A stretch of 56,578 nt of DNA from a virus (IMGVR_UViG_3300030012_003637:1-56578); one strand, 5' to 3'. Shown: positions 16,947 through 25,986, counted from the stretch's first letter. The notes: generated by a model not told the origin, from the letters alone. Numbers and translations: made by a program.

Positions 16947-17504
16947 ATGAAAAAATTAGTATTATTTTTGGCAATGGTTTTACTAATCAGTTGTACAAAA
17001 GAAGAAGAAGTATTAACGCCAGTATTCGAAATATCTTTAGATGGTCAATCATTTGATCCTTATGAAAGATATGCTAAAGTAGAAACCTTTGGAGGAGAAA
17101 AATGGGTTGATAATAAACTAAAAAAGATTTTTATCTTGTATCTTCAAATAGATGATGGAGAACCAAGATTAGACAAACAACACTTCTCATTATATTGCTT
17201 AGATTCAGATGCAAATGATGATGGTGAATTATTAGACGTAGGTACTTATACTTGGGAAAGCCCAGATGGTAAATATGCTGGAGTTGAAATACCAGGCGAT
17301 CTAGAGTATATTGTTTGGAATGAAGTAATAGTACAAGATGCAGGTCAATTAGGAGGAGCTCATTCAGGGTTAATATGTTTAACTGCTGAAGGAGAATTTT
17401 ATAATCCTTATATTCAAAGAACAATGACTGTATCAATGAAACTTGAAAACTTCCCAATTGGATTAGATATTGATGCTACTCCTTATGGATACTTACTAAA
17501 TTAA
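16947..17504 (+). CDS. Lipoprotein
   Basis: Lipobox LLIS|C followed by TKEEE (Bacteroidota surface-export-like acidic signal). Confidence 0.75.
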   Translation: MKKLVLFLAMVLLISCTKEEEVLTPVFEISLDGQSFDPYERYAKVETFGGEKWVDNKLKKIFILYLQIDDGEPRLDKQHFSLYCLDSDANDDGELLDVGTYTWESPDGKYAGVEIPGDLEYIVWNEVIVQDAGQLGGAHSGLICLTAEGEFYNPYIQRTMTVSMKLENFPIGLDIDATPYGYLLN

Positions 17505-17521
17505 AAGATAAATAAATAGTT

Positions 17522-17728
17522 ATGATGCCTTTGCCTTGTCCCTCATGTGGACAGCCTTTGGGGTTAAAGTTAGACTTTCTAGCTGTAAATCCTGCTGTAC
17601 AATGTCCACACTGTTATGCAGTATTAAAATTTAATGTAGATAAAGAATCTACTACTAAAATGCAAAAAGGGTTGAATGAAATTGAAAAGCTTAAAAAAAA
17701 GTATGAGGGCATAGCAAAGTTTAGCTGA
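17522..17728 (+). CDS. Zinc-ribbon protein
   Basis: CPSCG...CPHC. Confidence 0.7.
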   Translation: MMPLPCPSCGQPLGLKLDFLAVNPAVQCPHCYAVLKFNVDKESTTKMQKGLNEIEKLKKKYEGIAKFS

Positions 17729-17736
17729 ATTATTTC

Positions 17737-17778
17737 TATTTATAATTGTTATGCAGAATGGTTATGCGCTCTGCATGA
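17737..17778 (+). promoter_or_regulatory. Late-type promoter TATTTAT plus 5'-UTR hairpin
   Basis: TATTTAT 17737-17743; stem TTATGCAGA/TCTGCATGA 17749-17778. Confidence 0.55.
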
Positions 17779-17817
17779 AATTAAATTTATTCATTAACTT
17801 TTTAACTTAATTTTAAA

Positions 17818-18411
17818 ATGGCAGATTCTATCGCAAAAGATTTCGTAGGTTTACCGATTGAAGATCTAATAGTACAACCGATGGTTGGAATGGCAAAAGG
17901 TCAAGCGAAACTAAACAAAGTAACATGGGACTATATTAGTGAAGTAGCTTTTATCACAGAAAATGGTAAAACAGTTGCTAGATCATTAGATGTAGAACTA
18001 AACAGAATTGCTGTAGACGGAGCAACAGGAGAACAAAAACCTGAAGTAGTTCACAGTAGAATTCCAATGTTACCATTAGTACCACTTCCTTCTTTAGCTA
18101 TAACTAAAGCTGATATTGACTTTACTATGGAAGTAAAAACTCAATCTCAGAGTTCAGACACAACTAAAGCAAGTGCTGGTAGCACAATAACTGCAGGGTA
18201 TAAAGGTTGGGGCTTCAACTCTCAAGTAACAGTTACAGGTAATGTATCTACTACTAAAGAGAATACAAGAAGTACAGATAACTCAGCAAAATATACTGTA
18301 AATGTTACTGCAACTCAATTACCACCTACTGAAGGTATGCTTAAATTGTCAGATTACTTAACCAAAATGATGGAACCAACTAATATTCCTTTACCAAAGG
18401 ATAATAACTAA
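17818..18411 (+). CDS. DUF2589-family protein (long form)
   Basis: F.GLPIEDLI..P....AKGQ, PMLPLVPLPSLAI...IDFTMEV, RSTDNSAKY.V.V...Q...EG. Confidence 0.75.
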   Translation: MADSIAKDFVGLPIEDLIVQPMVGMAKGQAKLNKVTWDYISEVAFITENGKTVARSLDVELNRIAVDGATGEQKPEVVHSRIPMLPLVPLPSLAITKADIDFTMEVKTQSQSSDTTKASAGSTITAGYKGWGFNSQVTVTGNVSTTKENTRSTDNSAKYTVNVTATQLPPTEGMLKLSDYLTKMMEPTNIPLPKDNN

Positions 18412-18418
18412 TAAAATA

Positions 18419-18450
18419 GTTGGACTTTAATATAATTTTTATTATATTAT
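18419..18450 (+). promoter_or_regulatory. Early-type promoter
   Basis: GTTG-N20-TATATTAT. Confidence 0.7.
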
Positions 18451-18468
18451 AAAAAAAGGTTTCCGTAA

Positions 18469-18951
18469 ATGGCAAAATTACAAATTGAAGAGCTAGTTAG
18501 CGGTCTTTTAGAGGCCGCTATCGTAGCTAAACAGATAAGCGAGAGGCAGCATATCAACGCCTTAGCAAATTATTTCGATGAAAAAGGTCAACCTATTACT
18601 ACTACGGTACAGATAGGAGACAAAACAATAACCGTACCTTTCTATAGTATTGCAGATCATTCTTCAATTGGATTGGATGAGATGGAAATAGAATTTGATG
18701 CTAGATTAGGTTTTAATACGACAGAAGGTCCTTCTAAACTTAAGCAAGCATTACTTGGTAAGTATAAAGGTAAAAAGAAATATAAAAATTTAGTTAAGAA
18801 TATCGAAGTTGATCATGCTCACAATCCTAATAATATAGCTTGTGCAAAGATAAAAGTTAAATTTAAAAAAGATGATACTCCGGAAGCAGTATCGAGAATC
18901 GTAGATGGTTTTACATCTATTATGGATGAACCACGAACTACTAAAAAATAA
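18469..18951 (+). CDS. DUF2589-family protein (short form)
   Basis: EELVSGLLEAA, YFDEKG.P, VPFYSIADHSSIGLDEMEIEF, PEAVSRI; paralog of the upstream gene. Confidence 0.7.
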   Translation: MAKLQIEELVSGLLEAAIVAKQISERQHINALANYFDEKGQPITTTVQIGDKTITVPFYSIADHSSIGLDEMEIEFDARLGFNTTEGPSKLKQALLGKYKGKKKYKNLVKNIEVDHAHNPNNIACAKIKVKFKKDDTPEAVSRIVDGFTSIMDEPRTTKK

Positions 18952-18953
18952 TT

Positions 18954-19556
18954 ATGAGCTTTACTAGAGAACAAATACAAACTGCAGTTCAATCTAAAGG
19001 ACATAAGTTCTTTGAAAACGGCGATTACAACGTTAATATAGTAGGAGTAAGAAACTCAGCTACTGATAACAAAGTAACTAATAAATTTGATGATTGGATG
19101 ACAATCTCATATAAAGTAAACGGTGAATGGAACTTTCACTGCTATGACTGTACTACCGATCCAGGTAAGTACTGGGTAGATAATCTTCTTAATCCTGATG
19201 GAGTTGCAATAGTAGTCCCAGGGCAGTATAGAGGATCTCATCAAATAGGATTACATCAAGGTAAGTATGAAGCTTTGAGACAAATGAAACCTATCAAAGT
19301 TTGGAGAGACGATAATGAAGATAATGTATATGATCACATTGCAGATGATATACAAGAAGGTATTTTTGGAATTAATATACACAAAGCAGGATCAAGAGTA
19401 GAAGGATCTACTCAAATAGATAAATGGTCAGCTGGATGTCAAGTTTTTTCTAAAGAATCTGATTTTAATGAGTTTATGGATGTAATGTATAAAGCAAGAA
19501 ATACATGGAGTAACTCATTTACTTACACTTTAATAGAATCTAAAGACATAGTCTAA
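18954..19556 (+). CDS. L,D-transpeptidase-like (YkuD-fold) peptidoglycan enzyme, putative endolysin
   Basis: GINIH...WSAGCQV His/Cys catalytic motif; TTDPG; lies next to a spanin-like pair. Confidence 0.6.
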   Translation: MSFTREQIQTAVQSKGHKFFENGDYNVNIVGVRNSATDNKVTNKFDDWMTISYKVNGEWNFHCYDCTTDPGKYWVDNLLNPDGVAIVVPGQYRGSHQIGLHQGKYEALRQMKPIKVWRDDNEDNVYDHIADDIQEGIFGINIHKAGSRVEGSTQIDKWSAGCQVFSKESDFNEFMDVMYKARNTWSNSFTYTLIESKDIV

Positions 19557-19557
19557 G

Positions 19558-19944
19558 ATGAAAAATAATAATATACGAACCTATTTACTATGGGCTATAC
19601 TCGGTATATTTGTCGGGTATATGATTTTTGGTAGAAACCAAATTAAAGTTGATATCAAAAAATACGAAGCTCAAATACAAGCTTTAAACATAGTTATTGA
19701 TTCAGCAAGAACAAAAAATAAAGAATTAGAAAAAGAAGTCGCAGATTTTCAATTAGTGATTTCCGAAGCTAATAGTAAGATTAATAATCTTAATGATAAA
19801 ATTTTTATAATTAAAAAGCAAACAGATGAAAAGATTAGTGCTATTAATAGTCTTAATAATGATGAACTTTACCAGTTTTTCGCAGACAGATACAGACAGT
19901 ACCTCGATTCGATTGGAAGTCCCAATAGCGAAACTAGTAATTAA
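19558..19944 (+). CDS. Inner-membrane spanin-like protein
   Basis: N-terminal TM plus long coiled coil; overlapped by the next gene in the +1 frame. Confidence 0.55.
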   Translation: MKNNNIRTYLLWAILGIFVGYMIFGRNQIKVDIKKYEAQIQALNIVIDSARTKNKELEKEVADFQLVISEANSKINNLNDKIFIIKKQTDEKISAINSLNNDELYQFFADRYRQYLDSIGSPNSETSN

Positions 19945-20236
19945 GGATCTTATTAACGGTGATGCAGCTAAAGAAGAACTAATAGTATTAGATACTATTA
20001 TACATCATAAAGATATTCAGTTAAACGTTAAAGATACTATCATTTTAAATCTTAATCAACAGATAGATAACTTTAATAAGATTATTTCTACTAAAGATAA
20101 ACAAAGAACAATACAGGAAAACTTACAAAAAGATCTTGAAAAGGCATTAAAACAAGCTAAGAGAAGAGAGTTTTTATATAAAGTTGGTACTATTGCAGGA
20201 GGTGTAATGACAGTTCTGTACTTAACCAATAAGTAA
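19826..20236 (+). CDS. Secreted coiled-coil protein, spanin-partner candidate
   Basis: Signal peptide (TSFS|Q), coiled coil, C-terminal hydrophobic helix; 119-nt overlap with the previous gene. Confidence 0.55.
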   Translation: MKRLVLLIVLIMMNFTSFSQTDTDSTSIRLEVPIAKLVIKDLINGDAAKEELIVLDTIIHHKDIQLNVKDTIILNLNQQIDNFNKIISTKDKQRTIQENLQKDLEKALKQAKRREFLYKVGTIAGGVMTVLYLTNK

Positions 20237-20240
20237 AAAC

Positions 20241-20247
20241 TATTTAT
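20241..20247 (+). promoter_or_regulatory. Late-type promoter motif TATTTAT
   Basis: Intergenic, 13 nt before ATG 20261. Confidence 0.55.
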
Positions 20248-20260
20248 TTTAAAGTAAACT

Positions 20261-21331
20261 ATGCTAAAATCGATTAAAAAAGGTATGTTTCCTTTCCTGG
20301 TAGCGTTCTCAGCTCTATCAGTATCAGGATCTGCTGCTTTCTATTCTGTATTTGGATTAAGTAAATTATTTGCAGGAGCTAGCACAGAAGTAATAATAAT
20401 GGCTGGTTCATTAGAAGTAGCTAAATTAGTTACAGCTTCTCTCTTATATCAGTATTGGGATACAATTAATAAAGCCCTTAAGTATTATTTAAGTCTAGCA
20501 GTTATTATTCTAATATTAATTACTAGTATGGGCATTTACGGATTCTTATCTGCTGCATATCAAGAAACATTTCAAAAATTAACAGTAACTCAAAATAAAA
20601 TAGAATTTTTAGAAAATAAAGCAAATTTTTATGAAGAAGATATTTCAAGATTTGATCAAGAGCTTAAACAAATATTGGACAATATTAGTACTCTTTCTAA
20701 TGCCAAATCTAGATCGATCCAGGTCAAGGACACCAGTGTGGCTGGAGGCATTCGAAATACGATTTCCACGGTTGACTTACGTCTTGCACAAGATAGACTC
20801 AGAATTGAAGAAGATAACAGGAAAGATGTCTATTTGAAAAGAACCGTCGCTGCAGACAGTTTACAAAAATATAAATTAGAGATACTAGAATTACAGAACA
20901 ATGCCGATACAGTAGGAGAATTAGGTCCTCTACAGTATCTATCTGATTTAACTAACACTCCTATGAATAAAATTATTAATATATTATTATTAGTAATTAT
21001 ATTTGTATTTGATCCATTAGCAGTTTCATTAGTAATAGCAGCTAATTTTGCTTTTAATCAAGCATTCCCAAAAAAGAGAGAAAATTTATATGGTGAATTA
21101 GAACCTGATGAAGACTGGGATGATATTATACCTGAAGAAGATGAAGAGGATCTTACTGAATTACAAAAAACTTTGTTGATGGATTTAGAAGAAGATGAAA
21201 ATGAGACTCCGGAGGAGAGAAAAGCCGAGAGGGTTAAAGCCCCAACTCCGGTAAAGTCTCCTGAATACAAAGTAGGACATAAACCTAGTAATAAAAATAG
21301 AAATCAAGATCTAAAAAAAGACTATTTATAG
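20261..21331 (+). CDS. Multi-pass membrane protein with coiled coil (conserved phage type)
   Basis: N-terminal TM helices (LEVAKLV, TSMGIYGFLS), ELGPLQY, IIFVFDPLAV, acidic tail. Confidence 0.75.
   Translation: MLKSIKKGMFPFLVAFSALSVSGSAAFYSVFGLSKLFAGASTEVIIMAGSLEVAKLVTASLLYQYWDTINKALKYYLSLAVIILILITSMGIYGFLSAAYQETFQKLTVTQNKIEFLENKANFYEEDISRFDQELKQILDNISTLSNAKSRSIQVKDTSVAGGIRNTISTVDLRLAQDRLRIEEDNRKDVYLKRTVAADSLQKYKLEILELQNNADTVGELGPLQYLSDLTNTPMNKIINILLLVIIFVFDPLAVSLVIAANFAFNQAFPKKRENLYGELEPDEDWDDIIPEEDEEDLTELQKTLLMDLEEDENETPEERKAERVKAPTPVKSPEYKVGHKPSNKNRNQDLKKDYL
20631..20837 (+). CDS. Possible overprinted gene (+1 frame, 68 aa)
   Basis: Host gene switches to atypical codons that avoid +1-frame stops; hydrophobic YWTILVLFLMP. 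Confidence 0.35.
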   Translation: MKKIFQDLIKSLNKYWTILVLFLMPNLDRSRSRTPVWLEAFEIRFPRLTYVLHKIDSELKKITGKMSI

Positions 21332-21362
21332 TTGTTAATCTGAAGTATTTTTACTATATTGT
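21331..21362 (+). promoter_or_regulatory. Early-type promoter
   Basis: GTTG-N20-TATATTGT. Confidence 0.7.
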
Positions 21363-21366
21363 ATAT

Positions 21367-21609
21367 ATGAGAGAAAAATTGTTAAAAGCCTTATTAAGTA
21401 ATGCTCAAGGAGAACTTGATAAGCATGTCGCTAATATTGAAGTCTATTTAAATCAACCAGTAGGAGTCGGAGAACATATAGATGTTGTTGAGACTATTGA
21501 AAAAGAGCTAATCAAAGTAGCAGATTGTGATGCTAGGATTGAAATGCTATCGAAATTTTTCAACGAAACTCCTGAAGAAGAAGAAGAGGATTTTAATTTA
21601 GGATCTTAA
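21367..21609 (+). CDS. Hypothetical conserved phage protein
   Basis: NIEVYLNQPVGVGEH motif. Confidence 0.7.
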   Translation: MREKLLKALLSNAQGELDKHVANIEVYLNQPVGVGEHIDVVETIEKELIKVADCDARIEMLSKFFNETPEEEEEDFNLGS

Positions 21610-21631
21610 TCTAAATTAATTAAAAAGTTAT

Positions 21632-21973
21632 ATGAGTAAAAAAGCTATCGAAGTTTTAAAAGAAGAGTACCCTATTATTTACAACGCATACAAAGAGATA
21701 ATGGATGAGCAATTTGAATTATTTGCTAAGAAACATCTTGATTATGGTATGGGTAATGTATCAGCTGGAACTCAATTAGTCAATGAAGAAGAAAGAGAGT
21801 TTGCTATGACTGGTCTTTGGTATCGAATATCTGATAAAATTAACAGATGGAAGAATATGATACTTACTGGACGTAAAGCTCAAAATGAAACCTTAATTGA
21901 TACTTTCCAAGATATTACTAACTACGGAATAATATCCCAGTTAGTATTTAACGATAAATGGAAAAATAAATAA
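21632..21973 (+). CDS. DUF1599 / nucleotide-modification-associated domain protein
   Basis: FAKKHLDYG, RISDKINR, ETLIDTFQDITNYGII. Confidence 0.75.
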   Translation: MSKKAIEVLKEEYPIIYNAYKEIMDEQFELFAKKHLDYGMGNVSAGTQLVNEEEREFAMTGLWYRISDKINRWKNMILTGRKAQNETLIDTFQDITNYGIISQLVFNDKWKNK

Positions 21974-21974
21974 T

Positions 21975-22898
21975 ATGCCGAAAAAAATTCCAAAGCAAGT
22001 TAAACTTGTTAAGGATAGTTATATAAAGCAATCTAAGAGTCATAAGCATATCTCTTATAGTCAATTATTTACCTATCTTAGTTGTAAAAGAAAATGGGAG
22101 TTACAATATTTACGTAACGTAGCTCCTTATGAACCTTCTATACATGCCGTATTCGGCTCAGCATTTCATGAAACTTTACAGAACTATCTAGATGTAATGT
22201 ATAATGATACTGCTAAAGCAGCTAATGAAATAGATACAAATGCATACCTTTACGAAAGGATGGTAAAAAACTATAAGAGGCAGAAAATGCAAAATGGTAA
22301 CGAACATTTTTCTGATCCGGATGAAATGAATATGTTCTGGTTAGATGGCAAGCATATATTAGAGTATATTAAAAAGAAAAGAGGAGGTTACTTTTCTAAA
22401 AAGAATACTTACTTGGCAGGTATAGAAACTTTATTATATCAAGAAATAAGTCCTGGTATTTATTTTAAAGGATTTATTGATTTAGTATTCTATAATAAGT
22501 ATTTAGATGAATATACTTTAGTAGATATAAAAACCTCTACCAAAGGTTGGAATAAGTTTGCTAAAGCTGATGATAAGAAAATATTTCAATTACTTTTATA
22601 TAAAGAGTTTTTCGCTAAACAGTTTAACGTTCCTATAGAAAAAGTGAACGTAGAGTATTTTATAGTTAAAAGAAGAGTACCTGTAGAAGCTGATTTTGCT
22701 TCTATGCAAAGAAGAGTACAAGAGTTTAAACCTACGGATGGTAAAATTAAAAGAGGAAAAGCTATATCAGCTATGAATAATTTTATCAAAGACGTATTAG
22801 ATGAAAATAGAGAATATATAGATAAGACTTATCCTTGTACAGGTGATAGAAGTCCTTGCTGGCATTGCAACGTTTATGACGGAGTTTTGCAAAAATAG
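21975..22898 (+). CDS. PD-(D/E)XK nuclease superfamily (RecB/Cas4-like exonuclease)
   Basis: ISYSQ...C, FGSAFH, GFIDLV, VDIKTS, QLLLY, C-terminal C..CWHC. Confidence 0.85.
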   Translation: MPKKIPKQVKLVKDSYIKQSKSHKHISYSQLFTYLSCKRKWELQYLRNVAPYEPSIHAVFGSAFHETLQNYLDVMYNDTAKAANEIDTNAYLYERMVKNYKRQKMQNGNEHFSDPDEMNMFWLDGKHILEYIKKKRGGYFSKKNTYLAGIETLLYQEISPGIYFKGFIDLVFYNKYLDEYTLVDIKTSTKGWNKFAKADDKKIFQLLLYKEFFAKQFNVPIEKVNVEYFIVKRRVPVEADFASMQRRVQEFKPTDGKIKRGKAISAMNNFIKDVLDENREYIDKTYPCTGDRSPCWHCNVYDGVLQK

Positions 22899-22900
22899 CC

Positions 22901-22916
22901 TATTTATATATAAATA
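22901..22916 (+). promoter_or_regulatory. Palindromic late-promoter/operator site
   Basis: Perfect palindrome TATTTATATATAAATA upstream of the RHH-like gene. Confidence 0.45.
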
Positions 22917-22933
22917 TATAATTATATATAGTT

Positions 22934-23122
22934 ATGATTAAAAATGAAAAATTAACTTCGGTAAAAATTACACAACCTTTATTCGATGAATTTAAAATGG
23001 CTTGCTTGCAAGACAACTTTTCTTTTAAAAAGCTTGCAGATCGGGCAATTTTTCTTTATCTTACTAATAAGGACTTTAAAACTAAAATACATAGAGTTAC
23101 ATCCATAAAGTTAAAAAAATGA
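22934..23122 (+). CDS. Ribbon-helix-helix-like DNA-binding protein
   Basis: KLTSVKI beta strand followed by two helices; 62 aa. Confidence 0.55.
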   Translation: MIKNEKLTSVKITQPLFDEFKMACLQDNFSFKKLADRAIFLYLTNKDFKTKIHRVTSIKLKK

Positions 23123-24552
23123 TAGAAGGTTATATACCAAGAGATAAACGTAAAAAGATATTACTACTTAGCGATGATTTAAGAATGCACTCAGGAGTAG
23201 CAACTATGTCTAGAGAGATAGTAATTAAAAATTCTCATAGATTTAATTGGTATCAATTAGGTGCAGCATTAAGCCATCCTGAAGTAGGAAAGATATTCGA
23301 TATATCTAAATCTATTACTGATGTAACTGGAGTAGAAGATGTCGAAGTAAAAGTACAACCTAATGTAGGATATGGTAATCCAGATTTAATAAGGCAGATA
23401 CTTAAGCTTGAGAAACCAGATGCTATTTTTATATTTACTGATCCAAGATATTGGGTATGGTTATTTGAAATAGAAAGAGAAATAAGAAGTAAAATTCCTA
23501 TCTTTTGGCTCAATATTTGGGATGATTATCCATCACCTATTTATAACAAGAATTTTTATAACTCAGTAGATTTACTGATGGGTATATCTAAACAAACAGT
23601 TAATATTAATAAGTTAGTATTAGCAGAAGAAGCTAAGAATAAAGTTATTGAATACGTTCCTCATGGTATAGATGAAAAATTATTCTTTCCAGTTGGTAAA
23701 GATCATGAGTACTATGATAAGTTAGTCGAATTTAAACAGCAAACTATACCAGTTGAAACTGACTTTGTAGTTTATTTTAATTCTAGAAACATTCATAGAA
23801 AGAGACCTGGTGATACGATATTTGCATTTAAATTATTTTGTGATAAACTAACAAAAGAACAAGCAAAGAAATGCGCTTTAGTAATGCATACATCAGTTAA
23901 TGATCAACATGGTACTGATTTAAAAGCAGTTAAAGAAGCTATAGCTCCTGACTTAAACATATTCTTTTCTCAAGGAAAAATAACTCCTGAACAAATGAAC
24001 TTTATGTATAATATGGCAGATGTTACTATGTTATTAAGTTCTAACGAAGGATGGGGATTATCTTTAACTGAATCGTTAATGTGCGGTACTATGATTATAC
24101 CAAACGTTACAGGAGGTATGCAAGATCAATGTAGGTTTGAAAATGAAAAAGGAGAGTGGATAGATTTTGATGCTGACTTTCCTTCTAATCATAGAGGTAC
24201 ATATAAGAAATGCGGTGAATGGGCTGAACCTGTATTTCCATCTAATATAAGTCTAGCTGGTTCTCCTGCTACTCCTTATATATTTGATGATAGATGTCAG
24301 CCAGAAGATGCAGCAGATGCATTATTTAAAGTTTATAGTTACGGTAAAGAAGAAAGGACCAAAAGAGGTAAGTTAGGTCATGACTGGGTTATGTCAGATG
24401 AAGCAAAAATGTCTTCAACGGCTATGGGTAATACTATAGGAGACTGTATGGATAAAGCTTTCAAGAAGTTTAAACCAAGAACGCAGTATGATATAATTAA
24501 AATAGAAAACAGTAAGTCTAAAAAAGTCTTACATAAATTAACAGGGTATTAA
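23119..24552 (+). CDS. Glycosyltransferase, GT4 (GT-B)
   Basis: YVPHGID, RNIHRK, EGWGLSLTE, TGGMQD. Confidence 0.85.
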   Translation: MIEGYIPRDKRKKILLLSDDLRMHSGVATMSREIVIKNSHRFNWYQLGAALSHPEVGKIFDISKSITDVTGVEDVEVKVQPNVGYGNPDLIRQILKLEKPDAIFIFTDPRYWVWLFEIEREIRSKIPIFWLNIWDDYPSPIYNKNFYNSVDLLMGISKQTVNINKLVLAEEAKNKVIEYVPHGIDEKLFFPVGKDHEYYDKLVEFKQQTIPVETDFVVYFNSRNIHRKRPGDTIFAFKLFCDKLTKEQAKKCALVMHTSVNDQHGTDLKAVKEAIAPDLNIFFSQGKITPEQMNFMYNMADVTMLLSSNEGWGLSLTESLMCGTMIIPNVTGGMQDQCRFENEKGEWIDFDADFPSNHRGTYKKCGEWAEPVFPSNISLAGSPATPYIFDDRCQPEDAADALFKVYSYGKEERTKRGKLGHDWVMSDEAKMSSTAMGNTIGDCMDKAFKKFKPRTQYDIIKIENSKSKKVLHKLTGY

Positions 24553-24695
24553 TGGACAATAATAATCAATCTAATGGTAATACTCAATTGAATCAACTAA
24601 GAAATGACTTCAACGAAAGAATTGGTCATAAAAAAATCTTAGGGAGTTCTTTGAGAGTACAATTAAATAAAAGAAGAAGATACAGAACAATATAG
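24552..24695 (+). CDS. Small basic hypothetical protein (47 aa)
   Basis: MDNNNQSNGNTQLNQLR...KRRRYRTI*; coupled start TAATG; not in the track. Confidence 0.55.
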   Translation: MDNNNQSNGNTQLNQLRNDFNERIGHKKILGSSLRVQLNKRRRYRTI

Positions 24696-24708
24696 TAAAG
24701 TTATAATA

Positions 24709-25986
24709 ATGGATAAAACCTCAGTTGTAGTAAGTTGCCCTATAGATACTTATTCAGGCTATGGAGCACGAAGTAGAGATTTAGTTAAAGCATTAATAGC
24801 TTTAGGTGAATACGATGTTAAAATATTAGCTCAGAGATGGGGTACAACCAGGACAGGTTATCTCAAAGAACATCAAGAGCACGATTTACATTCTAGGGTA
24901 ATACCTAATATCAATAGTAAACCTGATATATGGATCCAGATAACTGTTCCTAATGAGTTTCAACCAGTAGGTAAATATAATATAGGTATTACAGCAGGTA
25001 TAGAAACTACTTTATGTCCTATGCCATGGATCGAAGGATTAAATAAAATGGATTTAGTTCTTACTTCTTCTAACCACAGTAAGAAAGTTCTAACAGAATC
25101 TAAATGGACTGTTACTCATAAGCAAACTAAAAAAGAAGAAAACCTTTTCTGCAATACTCCTATAGAAGTTTTATTTGAAGGAATCGATAATACTAAGTAT
25201 AAAGTAGACCCTAATAATAATTTTGATTTATCTTCTATTAAAGAAGAGTTTTGCTTTTTATTTGTAGGACATTGGTTACAAGGAGATTTTAAACATGACA
25301 GAAAAAATATAGGATATACAATTAAAGCATTCCTTCAAACGTTTAAAAATAAACCTAACCCTCCAGCTCTTATACTAAAGACTCAACATGCTAATGCATC
25401 ATTAATAGATTTAGATGCTATAAAAGAGAAGATTAATTCAATAAGATCTACTCTGAAAGGTAAACTGCCTAACATATATATTATTCATGGTGAAGTTTCT
25501 GATAAACAGATTAATGATTTATATAATAACCCTAAAGTAAAAGCTATGGTATGTTTAACTAAAGGAGAAGGATTCGGAAGACCTTTATTAGAATTTAGCG
25601 TAGTTAAAAAACCTATCATAGCATCAGGATGGTCAGGACAGGTTGACTTTTTAGATCCTATGAAAGCAGTACTAATTGGAGGTGAGTTAGAAAACGTTCA
25701 TCAATCAGCTGCTATTAAGGATGTTCTTCTTCCTGAAGCTCAATGGTTCCAAGTTGATGATGGTGATGTAGGAAAAGCATTAAAATCAGTTCATACTAAA
25801 TATAAAAAGTATGTACCTCTAGCTAAGCAATTAGGTTTTAAAAATCAAAAAGAATTTTCATTTGAAAGTATGACAAAAAAATTAGGAGAAATATTAAAAG
25901 AAAATTTACCTGAATTTCCTAAACAGGTAGAACTTAATTTACCTTCTTTAAATATTCCTAAAATAGAATTACCTAAACTTAAATAA
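24709..25986 (+). CDS. Glycosyltransferase, GT4 (GT-B)
   Basis: SGYG, FLFVGHW, RKNI, GEGFGRPLLE, WSGQVDF. Confidence 0.85.
   Translation: MDKTSVVVSCPIDTYSGYGARSRDLVKALIALGEYDVKILAQRWGTTRTGYLKEHQEHDLHSRVIPNINSKPDIWIQITVPNEFQPVGKYNIGITAGIETTLCPMPWIEGLNKMDLVLTSSNHSKKVLTESKWTVTHKQTKKEENLFCNTPIEVLFEGIDNTKYKVDPNNNFDLSSIKEEFCFLFVGHWLQGDFKHDRKNIGYTIKAFLQTFKNKPNPPALILKTQHANASLIDLDAIKEKINSIRSTLKGKLPNIYIIHGEVSDKQINDLYNNPKVKAMVCLTKGEGFGRPLLEFSVVKKPIIASGWSGQVDFLDPMKAVLIGGELENVHQSAAIKDVLLPEAQWFQVDDGDVGKALKSVHTKYKKYVPLAKQLGFKNQKEFSFESMTKKLGEILKENLPEFPKQVELNLPSLNIPKIELPKLK

Noticed and set aside
21975-22898. Cas4/CRISPR system
   Set aside because: Stand-alone PD-(D/E)XK nuclease typical of phages; no repeat-spacer array or other cas genes seen in the window.
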